A stretch of 63,471 bases of DNA, filler included, from Octopus bimaculoides (taxonomy: Eukaryota), in assembly GCF_001194135.2 (NCBI RefSeq). It is 6 parts of 4 records of this genome, joined end to end, with 100 filler letters (N's around TTAATTAATTAA, not from the genome) between each part and the next. Parts side by side here need not be neighbours in the genome. Positions count along the whole stretch, not along the records: positions 1 to 28,230 come from NC_068986.1; 5 more parts are not named here. The stretch is one strand, 5' to 3'. The first letter of the stretch is position 1. Every line of letters starts with the position of its first letter. A model generated the notes under the pieces. The model saw only the letters and a list, made by a program, of their open reading frames with translations. It made no database searches and was not told the DNA's origin. Below are positions 1 to 11,639 of the stretch, in pieces. The position numbers and the translations under genes were made by a program.

Positions 1-43
<43 letters not shown>

Positions 44-47
44 TATA

Positions 48-350
48 TCCTATTTTCTCCGTCTGTTACATTTTTATGTTCGTTAACTCCTCCTAGACCG
101 TTGGTGCAAGGACAACGAAACTCAAACCAGCAACTCCTCTAATCTCAGGGAATGTCCTAAGGGGGTCTATTTTTTCAAGGGCCACCTAATTGGGACCCCA
201 CTGACACCCCTATTTTTGCTGCCTTTTAAACTAAATATATGGCATTGGCGACCAGGTCGGAGCAATGACAACGAATTTCATACCATGAACTCCCAGGGAT
301 TATTGTAAAGAGGTTTAATTTCTGAAGGGCTGCTTAAATGGGGGCCCCCA
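48..350. mobile_element. Helentron/HINE-like non-autonomous element fragment
   Basis: Begins after a (TA)n run with tccgtctgttac...aactcctcctagaccgttgg, resembling DINE-1/HINE-type elements as recalled from memory. Confidence 0.35.
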
Positions 351-372
351 CTGACCCCGCCTTACTATTTTT

Positions 373-658
373 AAGCCTAGTACTTATTCTATCTTTTGCC
401 GAACCGCTAAGTTACAAGGACGTAAACACACGGACATCGGTTGTCAAGCGATGGTGGGGAGACACACACACACACACACATATATATATGTTTATATATA
501 TATACGACGGGCTTCTTTTAGTTTCCGACTATCAAATCCACTCAAGGCTTTGGTCGAGCCGAGGCTGTAGTAGAAGACACTTGCCGAAGGTGCCACGCAG
601 TGGGACTGAACCCGGAACCAAGTGGTTGGGAAGTAAGCTTCCTACCACACGGCCACTC
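373..658 (-). mobile_element. tRNA-derived SINE family A (CORE/OR-like, internal microsatellite)
   Basis: Reverse complement of the copy at 46819-47256 (...ccttgggcaagtgtcttctactatagc...). A further partial copy follows at about 680-810. Confidence 0.85.
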
Positions 659-958
659 GCACGACAGGCTTCCACATAATTACCGTCTACTGAATCCACT
701 CACAAGGTATTACTCACACCTGGGTAATAGAAGACACTTGCCCAAGGTGATGCCGCTCAGTGGGACTGAACCTAAAACCCCATGGTCGCAAAGTGAGCTT
801 CTTAACTACACAACCGTGTCTGTACAGCGACTTGCTATTTTATTGCTTATTTTACAATCTCTGTCTTTTCAAAGTTGCCAAACAACTTTAGTAATTAGAG
901 AACGCATGCTGATTATTAATATTAAATTGTAATATAAATGAAATGTTATATTAAATAG

Positions 959-1065
959 CAGCCTGGAGGGATTTAAATCAGGCATGGAGAACGTTTCTCG
1001 AGAAACGGGCCACAAGAGACATTGCTCACCATCAGACGAGCCGCACCACTAAAAGTGAACTTAAG
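959..1065 (+). CDS. Candidate internal exon of an upstream gene (gene A), product unknown
   Basis: Tandem tag/cag acceptor, strong donor AAG|gtaatg, phase 1-0. Translates AAWRDLNQAWRTFLEKRATRDIAHHQTSRTTKSELK and is GC-richer than its flanks. Confidence 0.4.
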
Positions 1066-1591
1066 GTAATGTTTCGTTAAGTATACCAATCAGAAAGTCC
1101 CGTGGGTTGCAGTTTGCCAATGACTGATTTAAGCTATTAAAAAAATAAGCAGGGGACATAACTGCCATGCGATAGTGTGCCAGGCTTCTTGGTTTAGTAT
1201 TTAGGTTGCTAGTAGGTGTAAATTAACTTTATTATCTGCTGAATCGAACCCTATTTAATTACTATTATTCGTTTTATTTTGGGAGAAGTTAATGCCCAGC
1301 TAGAGATATTTGAACTTACGTGAAAAAAAAAAATATATATACAATGAAGGGACGTAACTGCCATGCGATAGTTCTTTTTTTTTTATTTGCCAGTGTTAAG
1401 ACAGCTAATTAATGTGAGGAAAATCTATTGCCTACAAATTTAATATCGATTTAATTACTGATATTTATTTTACAAGGTCTGGAGAAGGCGATGTCAATTT
1501 GGAGAGATTTGAACTCCGGAAAAATGTTGTAAATATGGTTAATAAGTGTCACGTGGTAGTTAGTGAAAGGCGTTTCGCTTTGTTGTTTCAG

Positions 1592-1654
1592 GGCCTCCGA
1601 AACTGGCGAAAGGAAGGGCAAGAGTTGTCCCCGCTAGAGTCTTGCAAGGATCAG
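1592..1654 (+). CDS. Candidate exon of gene A
   Basis: Strong acceptor tttcgctttgttgtttcag, donor CAG|gtgacg, 63 nt. Phase 0 reading GLRNWRKEGQELSPLESCKDQ joins the 959-1065 exon in frame. Confidence 0.4.
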
Positions 1655-1859
1655 GTGACGGTCTTAAACCACTGAAAGATTAAGTTTACAACCCATGAAT
1701 TCAGAACTGGAAGAGCCGGAAAAAGTTTAGCAGAATATCTCATCTGATGTGCTAACAGCTCCTACCAACCTACTCTCTTCGACTGGTATTTTATTATTGA
1801 CCCCGAAAAGGTGAAAAGTAAAGTTGATTTCAGCTGAACTTAAACTCAGAGTGTGGAGG

Positions 1860-2032
1860 CACTAGCGTAGCTGCGGAGGAGGAGAGGAAGCGATTGGTGC
1901 TTCCCGCCCTGGGCGGCACTTTTAAAGGGGCACCACTTTTGGGACTGCTGTAGACAATGTGTTTTTTGAGGGGTCCAGAGGCGGCAAAAGGAAGGGCCGC
2001 CCCGGGCGGCACACACCCTAGCTACGCTATTG
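1860..2032. mobile_element. hAT-type MITE nested in a SINE
   Basis: TIRs cactagcgtagctg and ctagctacgctattg, with internal repeat gccc(t/c)gggcggcac. Sits at the end of a minus-strand family B SINE remnant. Confidence 0.7.
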
Positions 2033-2395
2033 GGTAGAAGTCTGTAACAGAACTTGTAAAGTATTTTGGACTCCACTCTAAAGATGCTGCCAGTCCACAA
2101 TTCTAAATAAGTCTTTCTAATATAGGCACAAGGCCAGCAATTTTTAGGGGGTGGTTAAGTCGATTACATTGTCTCCAGTGCTCAGCTGGTACTTTTTCAT
2201 CCGCCCCGAAAGGATGAAAGGCAAAGTCAACTTCAGTGGAATTTGAACTCGTGACACAAAGAGCCGAAAGAAATGCCGTAAAGCGCTAGCGTTTCTTCCA
2301 GCCCAGGCACAAAGCCAACAATTTTGAGTGGAGGGGTTAATCGATATTATCGATCCTAGTATTTGACTATCACTTTATTGTATTGACCCTAGAGA

Positions 2396-2822
2396 CAGGG
2401 CCGGATTAAATCCCATCGAGACCCTAAGTACGTAAATGATTTCGGTGCTCCCATAAAATATTATGTAATTCAAAATATAAACAGTAACAAACCATAAAAT
2501 AAATTTTTATTTTTCAAAACGAAACAAAAAAGTGAGAGGGAAAATAAGGTTTATTCTTGTATATTTCCACTTTATTTATATTTGAAAAGTTTCCTCCTAC
2601 TATTTTGAATTGCAAAGTCTTTGACCAGATTCTCAAAATTAATCTTAGGAAACACATCTGCATCTATACTTAATAGAGATAAAGGCATCCCGAATATTAT
2701 TTTAGCAAGTTTAAAGTCATTTCTTTTGTGCTGTAAACCATTTACCATCTCTGTGGTGCCCCCTCCTTCCCTTGATGCCCTAAGCACGTACTTATTTTGC
2801 TTAATGGTTAATCCAGCCTAGT
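2396..2822 (-). mobile_element. Non-autonomous hAT element retaining the C-terminal dimerisation-domain relic
   Basis: TIRs cagggccggattaa and ttaatccagcctag. The minus ORF 2572-2787 has LSLLSIDADVFPKINFENLVKDFAIQNSRRKLF, the hAT dimerisation tail. Splits a family B SINE. Confidence 0.8.
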
Positions 2823-3255
2823 GGGCTGAAAAGTAAAGTTGACCTGAGATGGAATTGAATTCAGAGCGCAGAGAAATGAAACAAATACTGCAAAACATTT
2901 CGTTTTAATCTCGAAAGACTTTGCCAGCACAGTGCCCTTAACAATAATAATGCTTTTGATTTGGATTCAGCGATTTTGTGAGGCGGGTTTAGTCAATAAC
3001 TATCGACTCCAGTATTCGACTAGCACTTTATTTTATTGACCCTGGAGAGATGAAAGGCAAAGTTGACCTCAGTGGGAATTGAACTACTTGTTCAGAGAGC
3101 TGAAATACATATTGTAAATCATTTTGTCCAACGCTCTAACGACTCTGCCAACTCACCGCCCATGGGTGCGGAAACGAAATTTGCTTAAGAGGTGCAAACC
3201 CAGGTTCAAATTTTTTTACAAAGTCGATCTTTTTCGATCTTTTGAACGTCTAAAA

Positions 3256-3706
3256 CAGGGGTGGGGAAACGCCCGCAAGCTCATTTTATTGCGCCTGGAG
3301 GCTAATGTACTCGTGTGCACAAAATATAGTAAATTTTTCAATTCTAAAATTTATACAATATTCGTATGCCTATTTGCGATATAAGTCGCGTTTCCACTAC
3401 GATTTAAAACGGTTAGACTCGAATAGAAAATTGTCCGTTAATTGCCATTTGAATGGCACTATAAAACTCATATTGCTAGGTTTGAACTACCCCATTGAGA
3501 CCCAACTATACTCTATGTGAAAAATATAGAATACCTCATAAGTAATATAAATGTCCTAAATTCAGTGGCGGCGTTAATGAAAATGTTACGCGTTAATTTA
3601 ATCTTTATTAATGCATATCGAATTATACTTAGATATATACAAGATCTACACAGATATAAGAGTTGGAACTTGTGATCTGCCCGCGGACCTTTTTCTTTGT
3701 AAATTT
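3256..3706. mobile_element. hAT-like non-autonomous element, right end in gap
   Basis: Starts with caggggtggggaaac, a typical hAT/Charlie-type terminus. The other end is not visible. Confidence 0.45.
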
Positions 3707-4427
3707 NNNNNNNNNNNNNNNNNNNNNNNNNNNNNNNNNNNNNNNNNNNNNNNNNNNNNNNNNNNNNNNNNNNNNNNNNNNNNNNNNNNNNNNNNNNNNN
3801 NNNNNNNNNNNNNNNNNNNNNNNNNNNNNNNNNNNNNNNNNNNNNNNNNNNNNNNNNNNNNNNNNNNNNNNNNNNNNNNNNNNNNNNNNNNNNNNNNNNN
3901 NNNNNNNNNNNNNNNNNNNNNNNNNNNNNNNNNNNNNNNNNNNNNNNNNNNNNNNNNNNNNNNNNNNNNNNNNNNNNNNNNNNNNNNNNNNNNNNNNNNN
4001 NNNNNNNNNNNNNNNNNNNNNNNNNNNNNNNNNNNNNNNNNNNNNNNNNNNNNNNNNNNNNNNNNNNNNNNNNNNNNNNNNNNNNNNNNNNNNNNNNNNN
4101 NNNNNNNNNNNNNNNNNNNNNNNNNNNNNNNNNNNNNNNNNNNNNNNNNNNNNNNNNNNNNNNNNNNNNNNNNNNNNNNNNNNNNNNNNNNNNNNNNNNN
4201 NNNNNNNNNNNNNNNNNNNNNNNNNNNNNNNNNNNNNNNNNNNNNNNNNNNNNNNNNNNNNNNNNNNNNNNNNNNNNNNNNNNNNNNNNNNNNNNNNNNN
4301 NNNNNNNNNNNNNNNNNNNNNNNNNNNNNAGCCATGTACGAAAGTTATACGTAGTAAATGTTTACTAAGAACAAAAGGCATTGAATTGTAGAAAATAAAA
4401 TACTTTCTTTTAATGGTTTCTGTCCAG

Positions 4428-4535
4428 ACGAATGGATTCTGCTCCTGGCTTTCACAGAATTCTGAGACAAGTCAGATTGATGCGACCGACAGTTATCTTG
4501 AATAGTTGAAAGTAGTCGACACGTCAGAGAAAAAC
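4428..4535 (+). CDS. Candidate exon of gene A with one in-frame TAG
   Basis: Acceptor tactttcttttaatggtttctgtccag, donor AAC|gtaagc, 108 nt, phase 0-0. Reads TNGFCSWLSQNSETSQIDATDSYLE*LKVVDTSEKN. Confidence 0.33.
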
Positions 4536-5075
4536 GTAAGCAAAAAGAGAAGTCCATGAAGAAGGAGCGGGAGTAATAGTTAAGGCAGGAACATGTATAC
4601 TATATAATGTGTGTGTGTGCGCGAGCGCGTGTAGATTTGTATGCTTTGCTTTATGTATGCATTCTCATGCATATAGTTCCATATCTAGACACGTTCATAT
4701 ATATTTAAATGATAAACTTCTAGAAAGTTATATGTATGTATGTATGTTATCGTCATCATCATTTAAAGTCCATTTTCCATGCTTGCATGGGTCAGATGGA
4801 GTTTGTTGAGGCAGCTTTTCTATGACCAGATGTCCTTTCCTCTGTCACCAACCCTCATCGGTTTCTTATCACGGTAATATTTTCTCATGGCCAGACATGT
4901 TTTCCATAGAAAACCGGAGCCACAAGTACGCAGGCACGCACACACGCACGCACGCACACACACACATATATACACACAGACACACTACAATGAAAAGCAA
5001 TATGATTGAGGTTTCTTTTCGACTTGCTACTAAATTTAACATGTAAATGAGTAATTACTGTGGCCCAGCGGTGTA

Positions 5076-5271
5076 CAGTAATCCCTCGCCCTATCGCGGT
5101 TTATTATTTAAGCTTACGCCGATTCCTCTGTGGTGTTGTTTTGCATTTATAATTAAATAAATATATACAAATAATAAGATATACAGTTCAACACTGTTTC
5201 TACTTCGCGGATTTTCATCTATCGCGGGTGGAGGTTGAAACATAACATCCGCGATAGTCGAGGGATTACTA
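5076..5271. mobile_element. Tigger/pogo-type MITE
   Basis: TA|cagtaatccctcgccctatcgcgg ... ccgcgatagtcgagggattacta|TA: long TIRs and TA target duplication. Confidence 0.85.
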
Positions 5272-7895
5272 TAATCGTACTGAAATACACTCTCAACAGA
5301 TTCATAACAGTGTATTTGAGAGATGCCTGCCTGTCTGCGTGTGTGTTTCTCTCTTTTTGTGAGCGTGTTTTTATGATTTTCAAAATTAAGAATGATCTCC
5401 CTTGCGTTTATTACTCCATTTATTATGAACTATGGTTTGTAGCATCGATACAGGGCCCACAGTTTTGAATAGGATAGTGGATTACTCCGATCCCGTCGGT
5501 CAACCCCAAAAGGTTGACCTTGGTGGTATCTGAACTCAAAACCAAGAACCGAAACAAATATTGCAAAGCTTATTTTTTTCTGGCAATCTAACGATTGATT
5601 CTGTCAGCTCACCAATAGCGTTTTATCACCATAACAACATATTTTTGTTTTTAAAATATATTTCAACGTTATATATTTTGCGCAGTTATCACAGACGATT
5701 TTCCAATTGACGCCTTATAAGATTGATTGTTTTTATTTTCTTTGCTTTGTCATGCAATTATTTCATGGAGTTACGTTTATCTTTACTGTCATAATAACAT
5801 TGTTTAGTATCAAAAATATTTGATAGTATTTATAATGCAGAATTAGAAATAAAAAGTCATTTCGATTGCCTGAGCCATCGTTGATATTGCTGGAGTAAGT
5901 TTGACTAAGAATCGATTGTTATTAAAACAATTCTCTTATATATAAAAGCTTGTTATATAATTTTTGTATGATTTCATTTCTTCAGTGTTAAAATATATAA
6001 CATATGCTGTCCGTGTCTCTCGTTTCAAAAGTATAAACATCTATTTCTTGCTTTATGCAACGTCTATGCTAATTGTGTGTGTGTGTGTGTGTGTGTATGT
6101 GTGTGTGCATGTGCGCGCACGCTTGTTAGTAACATTTGTGTCAGGCGGTAACTATCAAAAGGAATTTGTTTTTATATCAAGTTTGTATACATTATTTGCG
6201 TAACATTTCAGTGAAATGTCTTATCCGAACTGTCCTCATACATAAACAAAGTGGTAAATTATAAGTTTTTGCAAACTATTTTTTTCNNNNNNNNNNNNNN
6301 NNNNNNNNNNNNNNNNNNNNNNNNNNNNNNNNNNNNNNNNNNNNNNNNNNNNNNNNNNNNNNNNNNNNNNNNNNNNNNNNNNNNNNNNNNNNNNNNNNNN
6401 NNNNNNNNNNNNNNNNNNNNNNNNNNNNNNNNNNNNNNNNNNNNNNNNNNNNNNNNNNNNNNNNNNNNNNNNNNNNNNNNNNNNNNNNNNNNNNNNNNNN
6501 NNNNNNNNNNNNNNNNNNNNNNNNNNNNNNNNNNNNNNNNNNNNNNNNNNNNNNNNNNNNNNNNNNNTTATACTTGAGAGTGAAATATTTGTGACCATTA
6601 TTATTTTTGGTAGCATGCAAAGGAAAAAAATTAACTTCAGCCAAAATTAAAGCACAAGCCTTTTTGTTTATATTGCATATGTGAATTTAATGAATAAATT
6701 TGAATAAATTCGCTGTTATAACCGATCTTTCACTTAAATGTGGAATTGAAAGTAAAAGAAGAAGAAGCCAGGGATGTATAAACTTAAACTTGCCGGCTAT
6801 CCTGAATAAGCGAAACGAAACAAAGCATATGTTTAAAAGTAGGTTATTAAACGTTATTACTACGGATTTCTATTTTCATTTCTCAATAGCGTCATTTAGT
6901 TAACTTTACACACTTGCGTACATGCATCTGCTCGGACAGGCCGACAACTCCAGTCAAAAATTCATAAATTTCTCTTCTTTCAATTATTTTTGTTTACTTT
7001 CGAAACGTGTCAGTTTGCAGTTACTTGTATTCAACGCTGCTGAGGAGAGAGAACAGAACTAATGAAGTTTAATAACCTACTTTGAAGCATTCACTTTTCT
7101 GATAAGCTTTCTCAGGAAGATTTTGTACATTCCCGGCTTCATTGTCTTTCATCCTCAATCCTACGCTTATATATACCAAGCGCAAAAGTAAGCGAATTTT
7201 TAATTTGTTTTTCCAAATAAATTGCTTGAAAATTATTGATCACGTATTTATAAGGAAACTCGGCAAATTATGACGTCATAATAGAACTGCATCGAAATTT
7301 TCAAATGAAATAAAGAGCAAAAGAAATATATGAAATATATTACCTCCCTTCAATTTTTTATTTGTTGAAAAATCATGATTGAAATGACGTCATAAGAGAA
7401 GATTCTTTCAAATGCTAAAAATATCGTTTGATGAGATCATTCAAATACCATGGGGTGAAAAAGAGAAATGGAGGCATAGAAAGAGAATCATTTGAAAATT
7501 CGTCTCCACGCATAGATTTTGTATACAAGCGATGTTTTAAAATAAAATTCATGAATTATTTCCGATGCAGTCGATGATGTTTGTCTCACTACTTAAAACA
7601 TTGGTCGGTCCGGAGCTCATAGTAGAAGGCACTTATCCCAGGGTGCCGCGCAATGGAACTGAACCCGAAACCACGCGGTTACAAAGCGAACATCCTAGCC
7701 ACACACCCGTAAAACATAGTTGTTTTCAGTTTGATATCCAAAAATATCTCTTTTTCTATTAATAAACAAAATGTATTGAATGCTGTTTTGCTGAAACTGT
7801 TATAAATATAAGCATTTCGGATTCCAGATGCCACCTCAGGTCCATTTTTTATAAACAAGGTCTTATTAATGTTTTCATTTCTTTTTGTGCATCAG

Positions 7896-7962
7896 CACGG
7901 AGGCTGAGATGAATATGGAGAGCTGCCTGCGTGCAGCGGAGGGCCTACTTGAAAGGCATTGA
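7896..7962 (+). CDS. Candidate terminal coding exon of gene A
   Basis: Strong acceptor gttttcatttctttttgtgcatcag. The longest open frame (phase 2) reads TEAEMNMESCLRAAEGLLERH*. GC-rich island. Confidence 0.33.
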
Positions 7963-8639
7963 TGATTATAAATATTGAGCTTGAACAATGTATTCGATGG
8001 GTTATCTGTCGGTGGGCGCCGGTGCCCCTCCCATTTTTCATTTTTATTTTTATTTGCTATTTTTCACCTTTTTTTGTTATCACCCTCATCTCATTAATGT
8101 CCGTGTCCAGCCCACAGCTTCTTTACGTTTGTCTGTCCTTGTTTGTCCCCTCTTTGTAAGGCCTTAATGGCCAATTAAAATGAAATAAAGAAGAAATCTG
8201 ACTTCAAGCTACCTTTTACAAATCACTTTTTTGCGCTCTGTTTTCTGAACCTGAGAAAAGTATGCAAGGGTGCAAAGTTTGGTTTTGTACTCGACAAACA
8301 TTTTAGGAGGTGCGCTTGCGCCCACTGCACCCCTTGTTCCCGGACCCATGGATCACAGCATAAAGATAAACAAACATACCAATTGTTGCCATTGATTTTA
8401 TAATATTGGAGCAAAAGACTTGGCTAAAATTATTGACAATGTAACATTAAATATCTTGAACAAATTATCCATTTAAAGTCGGTAGATTACTTAGATATGA
8501 TAGACAGATTATCCTTAGGACCTTTAACGAACAAAAATATCAACAGATTTCGAAAAGAACTCTATCTAAAAATTGCTTCTGAGGCTAATCATAAATTAGC
8601 CTTCTAAATACTGAAAGCGGTTCATTTTTAAGGCTTGTA

Positions 8640-8778
8640 GTGGCGTGAAATTATAGCCGCCATTGAGGAAGTACTATTCTGCGCATGCGCAGCGGACTTC
8701 ACCACAGGAAGCCCCTCGAGTTGCGTTTGCGCAGTGAAACTCGTACTTAAGCAGTTAGTTTCAATTTCTCGGTGAGTT
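8640..8778. promoter_or_regulatory. Promoter-like GC-rich island with possible first-exon donor
   Basis: NRF1-type palindrome TGCGCATGCGCA at 8680-8691, YY1-like GCCGCCATTG at 8656-8665, ETS-like GAGGAAGT at 8665-8672, and donor CG|gtgagt at 8772. Confidence 0.5.
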
Positions 8779-9080
8779 GAGCTCAGACCTTCTACATGAC
8801 AACACCTCGCTCCTCCACGAAGCACTTTTACACTGTTCTATGGCAAGCATCAAAGAAGGCCTCAACACATTATTAATAGTGCAGTTAATTTAGAAAATCC
8901 AGTTAATTCCTTTATTACATAAACAGACGTTCTACGCATCACAAGAACATATTAGATAATCTAACTTGAAATATTTCCTACGGTATTTCTTGCCTCTCTT
9001 CAAATGCAGAGATTTTTCAACGAGGCCTCTACTATAATAATACTTTATTAAAACGCGGTTTCACTTTATAGGTAAATTAT

Positions 9081-9287
9081 AACGGGGGCCACAGTATTTT
9101 CTTAACGAAACACTTTGAAACTTGGAACACTGGTAGAATGTGTCATATAAAACATCTTTTTCTCTTAGTCTTCTTAAAAAAAAAAAGAAATCCCTAAGTT
9201 ATTCCATGTTAAAGTTGTCGTATTTCTGTAATTTAAACCAATCACTGACGTCCATTCAGCCGATATACATTAAGTGCCGACTACATA
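9081..9287 (-). mobile_element. Second copy (one arm) of the telomeric-palindrome MITE
   Basis: Near-identical reverse complement of about 18479-18682. Runs into the gap at 9288-9898. Confidence 0.85.
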
Positions 9288-9971
9288 NNNNNNNNNNNNN
9301 NNNNNNNNNNNNNNNNNNNNNNNNNNNNNNNNNNNNNNNNNNNNNNNNNNNNNNNNNNNNNNNNNNNNNNNNNNNNNNNNNNNNNNNNNNNNNNNNNNNN
9401 NNNNNNNNNNNNNNNNNNNNNNNNNNNNNNNNNNNNNNNNNNNNNNNNNNNNNNNNNNNNNNNNNNNNNNNNNNNNNNNNNNNNNNNNNNNNNNNNNNNN
9501 NNNNNNNNNNNNNNNNNNNNNNNNNNNNNNNNNNNNNNNNNNNNNNNNNNNNNNNNNNNNNNNNNNNNNNNNNNNNNNNNNNNNNNNNNNNNNNNNNNNN
9601 NNNNNNNNNNNNNNNNNNNNNNNNNNNNNNNNNNNNNNNNNNNNNNNNNNNNNNNNNNNNNNNNNNNNNNNNNNNNNNNNNNNNNNNNNNNNNNNNNNNN
9701 NNNNNNNNNNNNNNNNNNNNNNNNNNNNNNNNNNNNNNNNNNNNNNNNNNNNNNNNNNNNNNNNNNNNNNNNNNNNNNNNNNNNNNNNNNNNNNNNNNNN
9801 NNNNNNNNNNNNNNNNNNNNNNNNNNNNNNNNNNNNNNNNNNNNNNNNNNNNNNNNNNNNNNNNNNNNNNNNNNNNNNNNNNNNNNNNNNNNNNNNNNTC
9901 TCTCTCCCCCTCTCTCTCTCTTTCTTTCTCTCTCTATCTATCTATCTCTCTCTCTCCCCTCTCTCACTCTT

Positions 9972-10008
<37 letters not shown>

Positions 10009-10184
10009 CTCTATCTATCTCTCTATCTATTTATCTCTCTCTCTCTCTTTCTCTCTCTTTTACCCTTCATGACACTATTTTCTACAGTAAAAATATTTCT
10101 CCAAATTGTAAGCTGAATCCAGCGTCTGCCAAATCATGTTGATCCGAGTATCCTTTCATATTTTATAAGAACAAAAGTGGTTTT

Positions 10185-10272
10185 AATTTATTCATGTCAG
10201 CCTTTACCAAATACAAACCTGCATTCATAATTTATTCATGTCAGCCTTTACCAAATACAAACCTGCATTCAT
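10185..10272. repeat. Perfect 44-bp tandem duplication
   Basis: aatttattcatgtcagcctttaccaaatacaaacctgcattcat occurs twice. Confidence 0.95.
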
Positions 10273-10487
10273 AATAACCCTGCAAAACACAATATTATGA
10301 AGTTGTCTCCGCAGTATTATACGTTTATGTATTTTATTAGTCATGATATTCAATAAGTAAATTTGTAATTACTAGCTACGTTTCTATGACAACTACTGAA
10401 CAATTGACAGTGCTCTGTTTGCTGAAGAAAATTCACAACACCCAGTTGGAGGTAATATGATAAAAGGCAATTCAACAAAGACGTTAG

Positions 10488-10522
<35 letters not shown>

Positions 10523-11159
10523 TGCTGTTACTGACAACTTTAAATTTCAATTATAAGTCATGTATCCATTTACATGAACGCTTTCAATCGCAAAGGATTG
10601 TCATTGTTATATTCAAGAGGGGTGTGGTTAGCCAAAAGGCATTCATGCAAAAAAAAAATGAATAATAAGGTTAATATAGAAGGAGGAAAGCCAAAAAGGT
10701 AAAGAGAATTAAAGCTTTAAACAAAGCCAGACTGGAAGTCAGTTGAGGAAAAAGAAAGAAGGAAAATGGTGTGAAGGGTAAAGCCAAAGGCATTTACCTT
10801 TTGCACAATACAGATCTCACATATACAGCCTTCATGACAACCACATTTACGTATTGTTGTACACACATAACGTAAACACAAGAGCGTGGGAGTATACGCA
10901 CCCATACATACTTGCATTTAAACACACAATGACATTTACACAACATAGATCAAGGAAAATCTTGGTGAGGGCGGAGGACACCAGAAGTGAGCGCAGTAAT
11001 GATGTGAGGTGGAAGGCATAAAAATTAAAAAGAAAAACTATGTTGTACGTTTATACTCTACTGTACATACGCTCTTACGTTGAAGATGAGGACATTTTTC
11101 ATTGGGTTTGTCATTTTAATCATTGTGCTGGAGAATACCAAAAACTGAGAGACGGTTAG

Positions 11160-11490
11160 AGTAGTGAGAAAGTTAAAAAAGGAAGCCTACGACTTGGAGG
11201 AGTTTCTAAGGCTTGTTACATACATCGAGATGTTCCCGGAACTGATCCTCCATGCAACGAGCTACCATGGCCATGTATCATTAGGGTGTTTCAATGCTAA
11301 GAACTATTTTACATGTGAGGAAATATTTGACTCTATTGACCGTGGATTTGTGATTTAGAAGAAATGTGGTTTGAGAAATGTAGGGACAAATATAGGAACG
11401 GTGGACGGATACAAGTTGAAGTTCTAGGCTGGGTGGAACTTGGTACAAGAAATCTACTGAACAGAAGGTTACATATATTTTGTCATCTCT
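11160..11490 (+). pseudogene. Possible highly decayed LINE apurinic endonuclease fragment
   Basis: ORFs contain LGCFNAK (compare GDFNAK) and VELGTRNLLNRRLHIFC (compare GLGERNERGERLIEFC). Confidence 0.3.
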
Positions 11491-11639
11491 TTTTGAATGA
11501 GAGAAGCAAAGACTCGGGGGAGGAGGATCACTTTTTAAAGTTATCTCTACAGATTTTCTATAGAAATTAGAGCCAGCACTGAAATTAGAGCCATCGCTTC
11601 GTATACGAATACGACCATGTAAACACTGCGATCGAAGAT

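Noticed and set aside
5841-6200. Small potential exons at 5841-5894 and about 6145-6200
   Set aside because: Open frames with AG/GT, but background composition and no phase link to the 4535 donor.
7268-7392. Two ATGACGTCAT (CRE/ATF-like) palindromes about 115 bp apart
   Set aside because: They may belong to an interspersed repeat, and there is no other promoter evidence to support a regulatory call.
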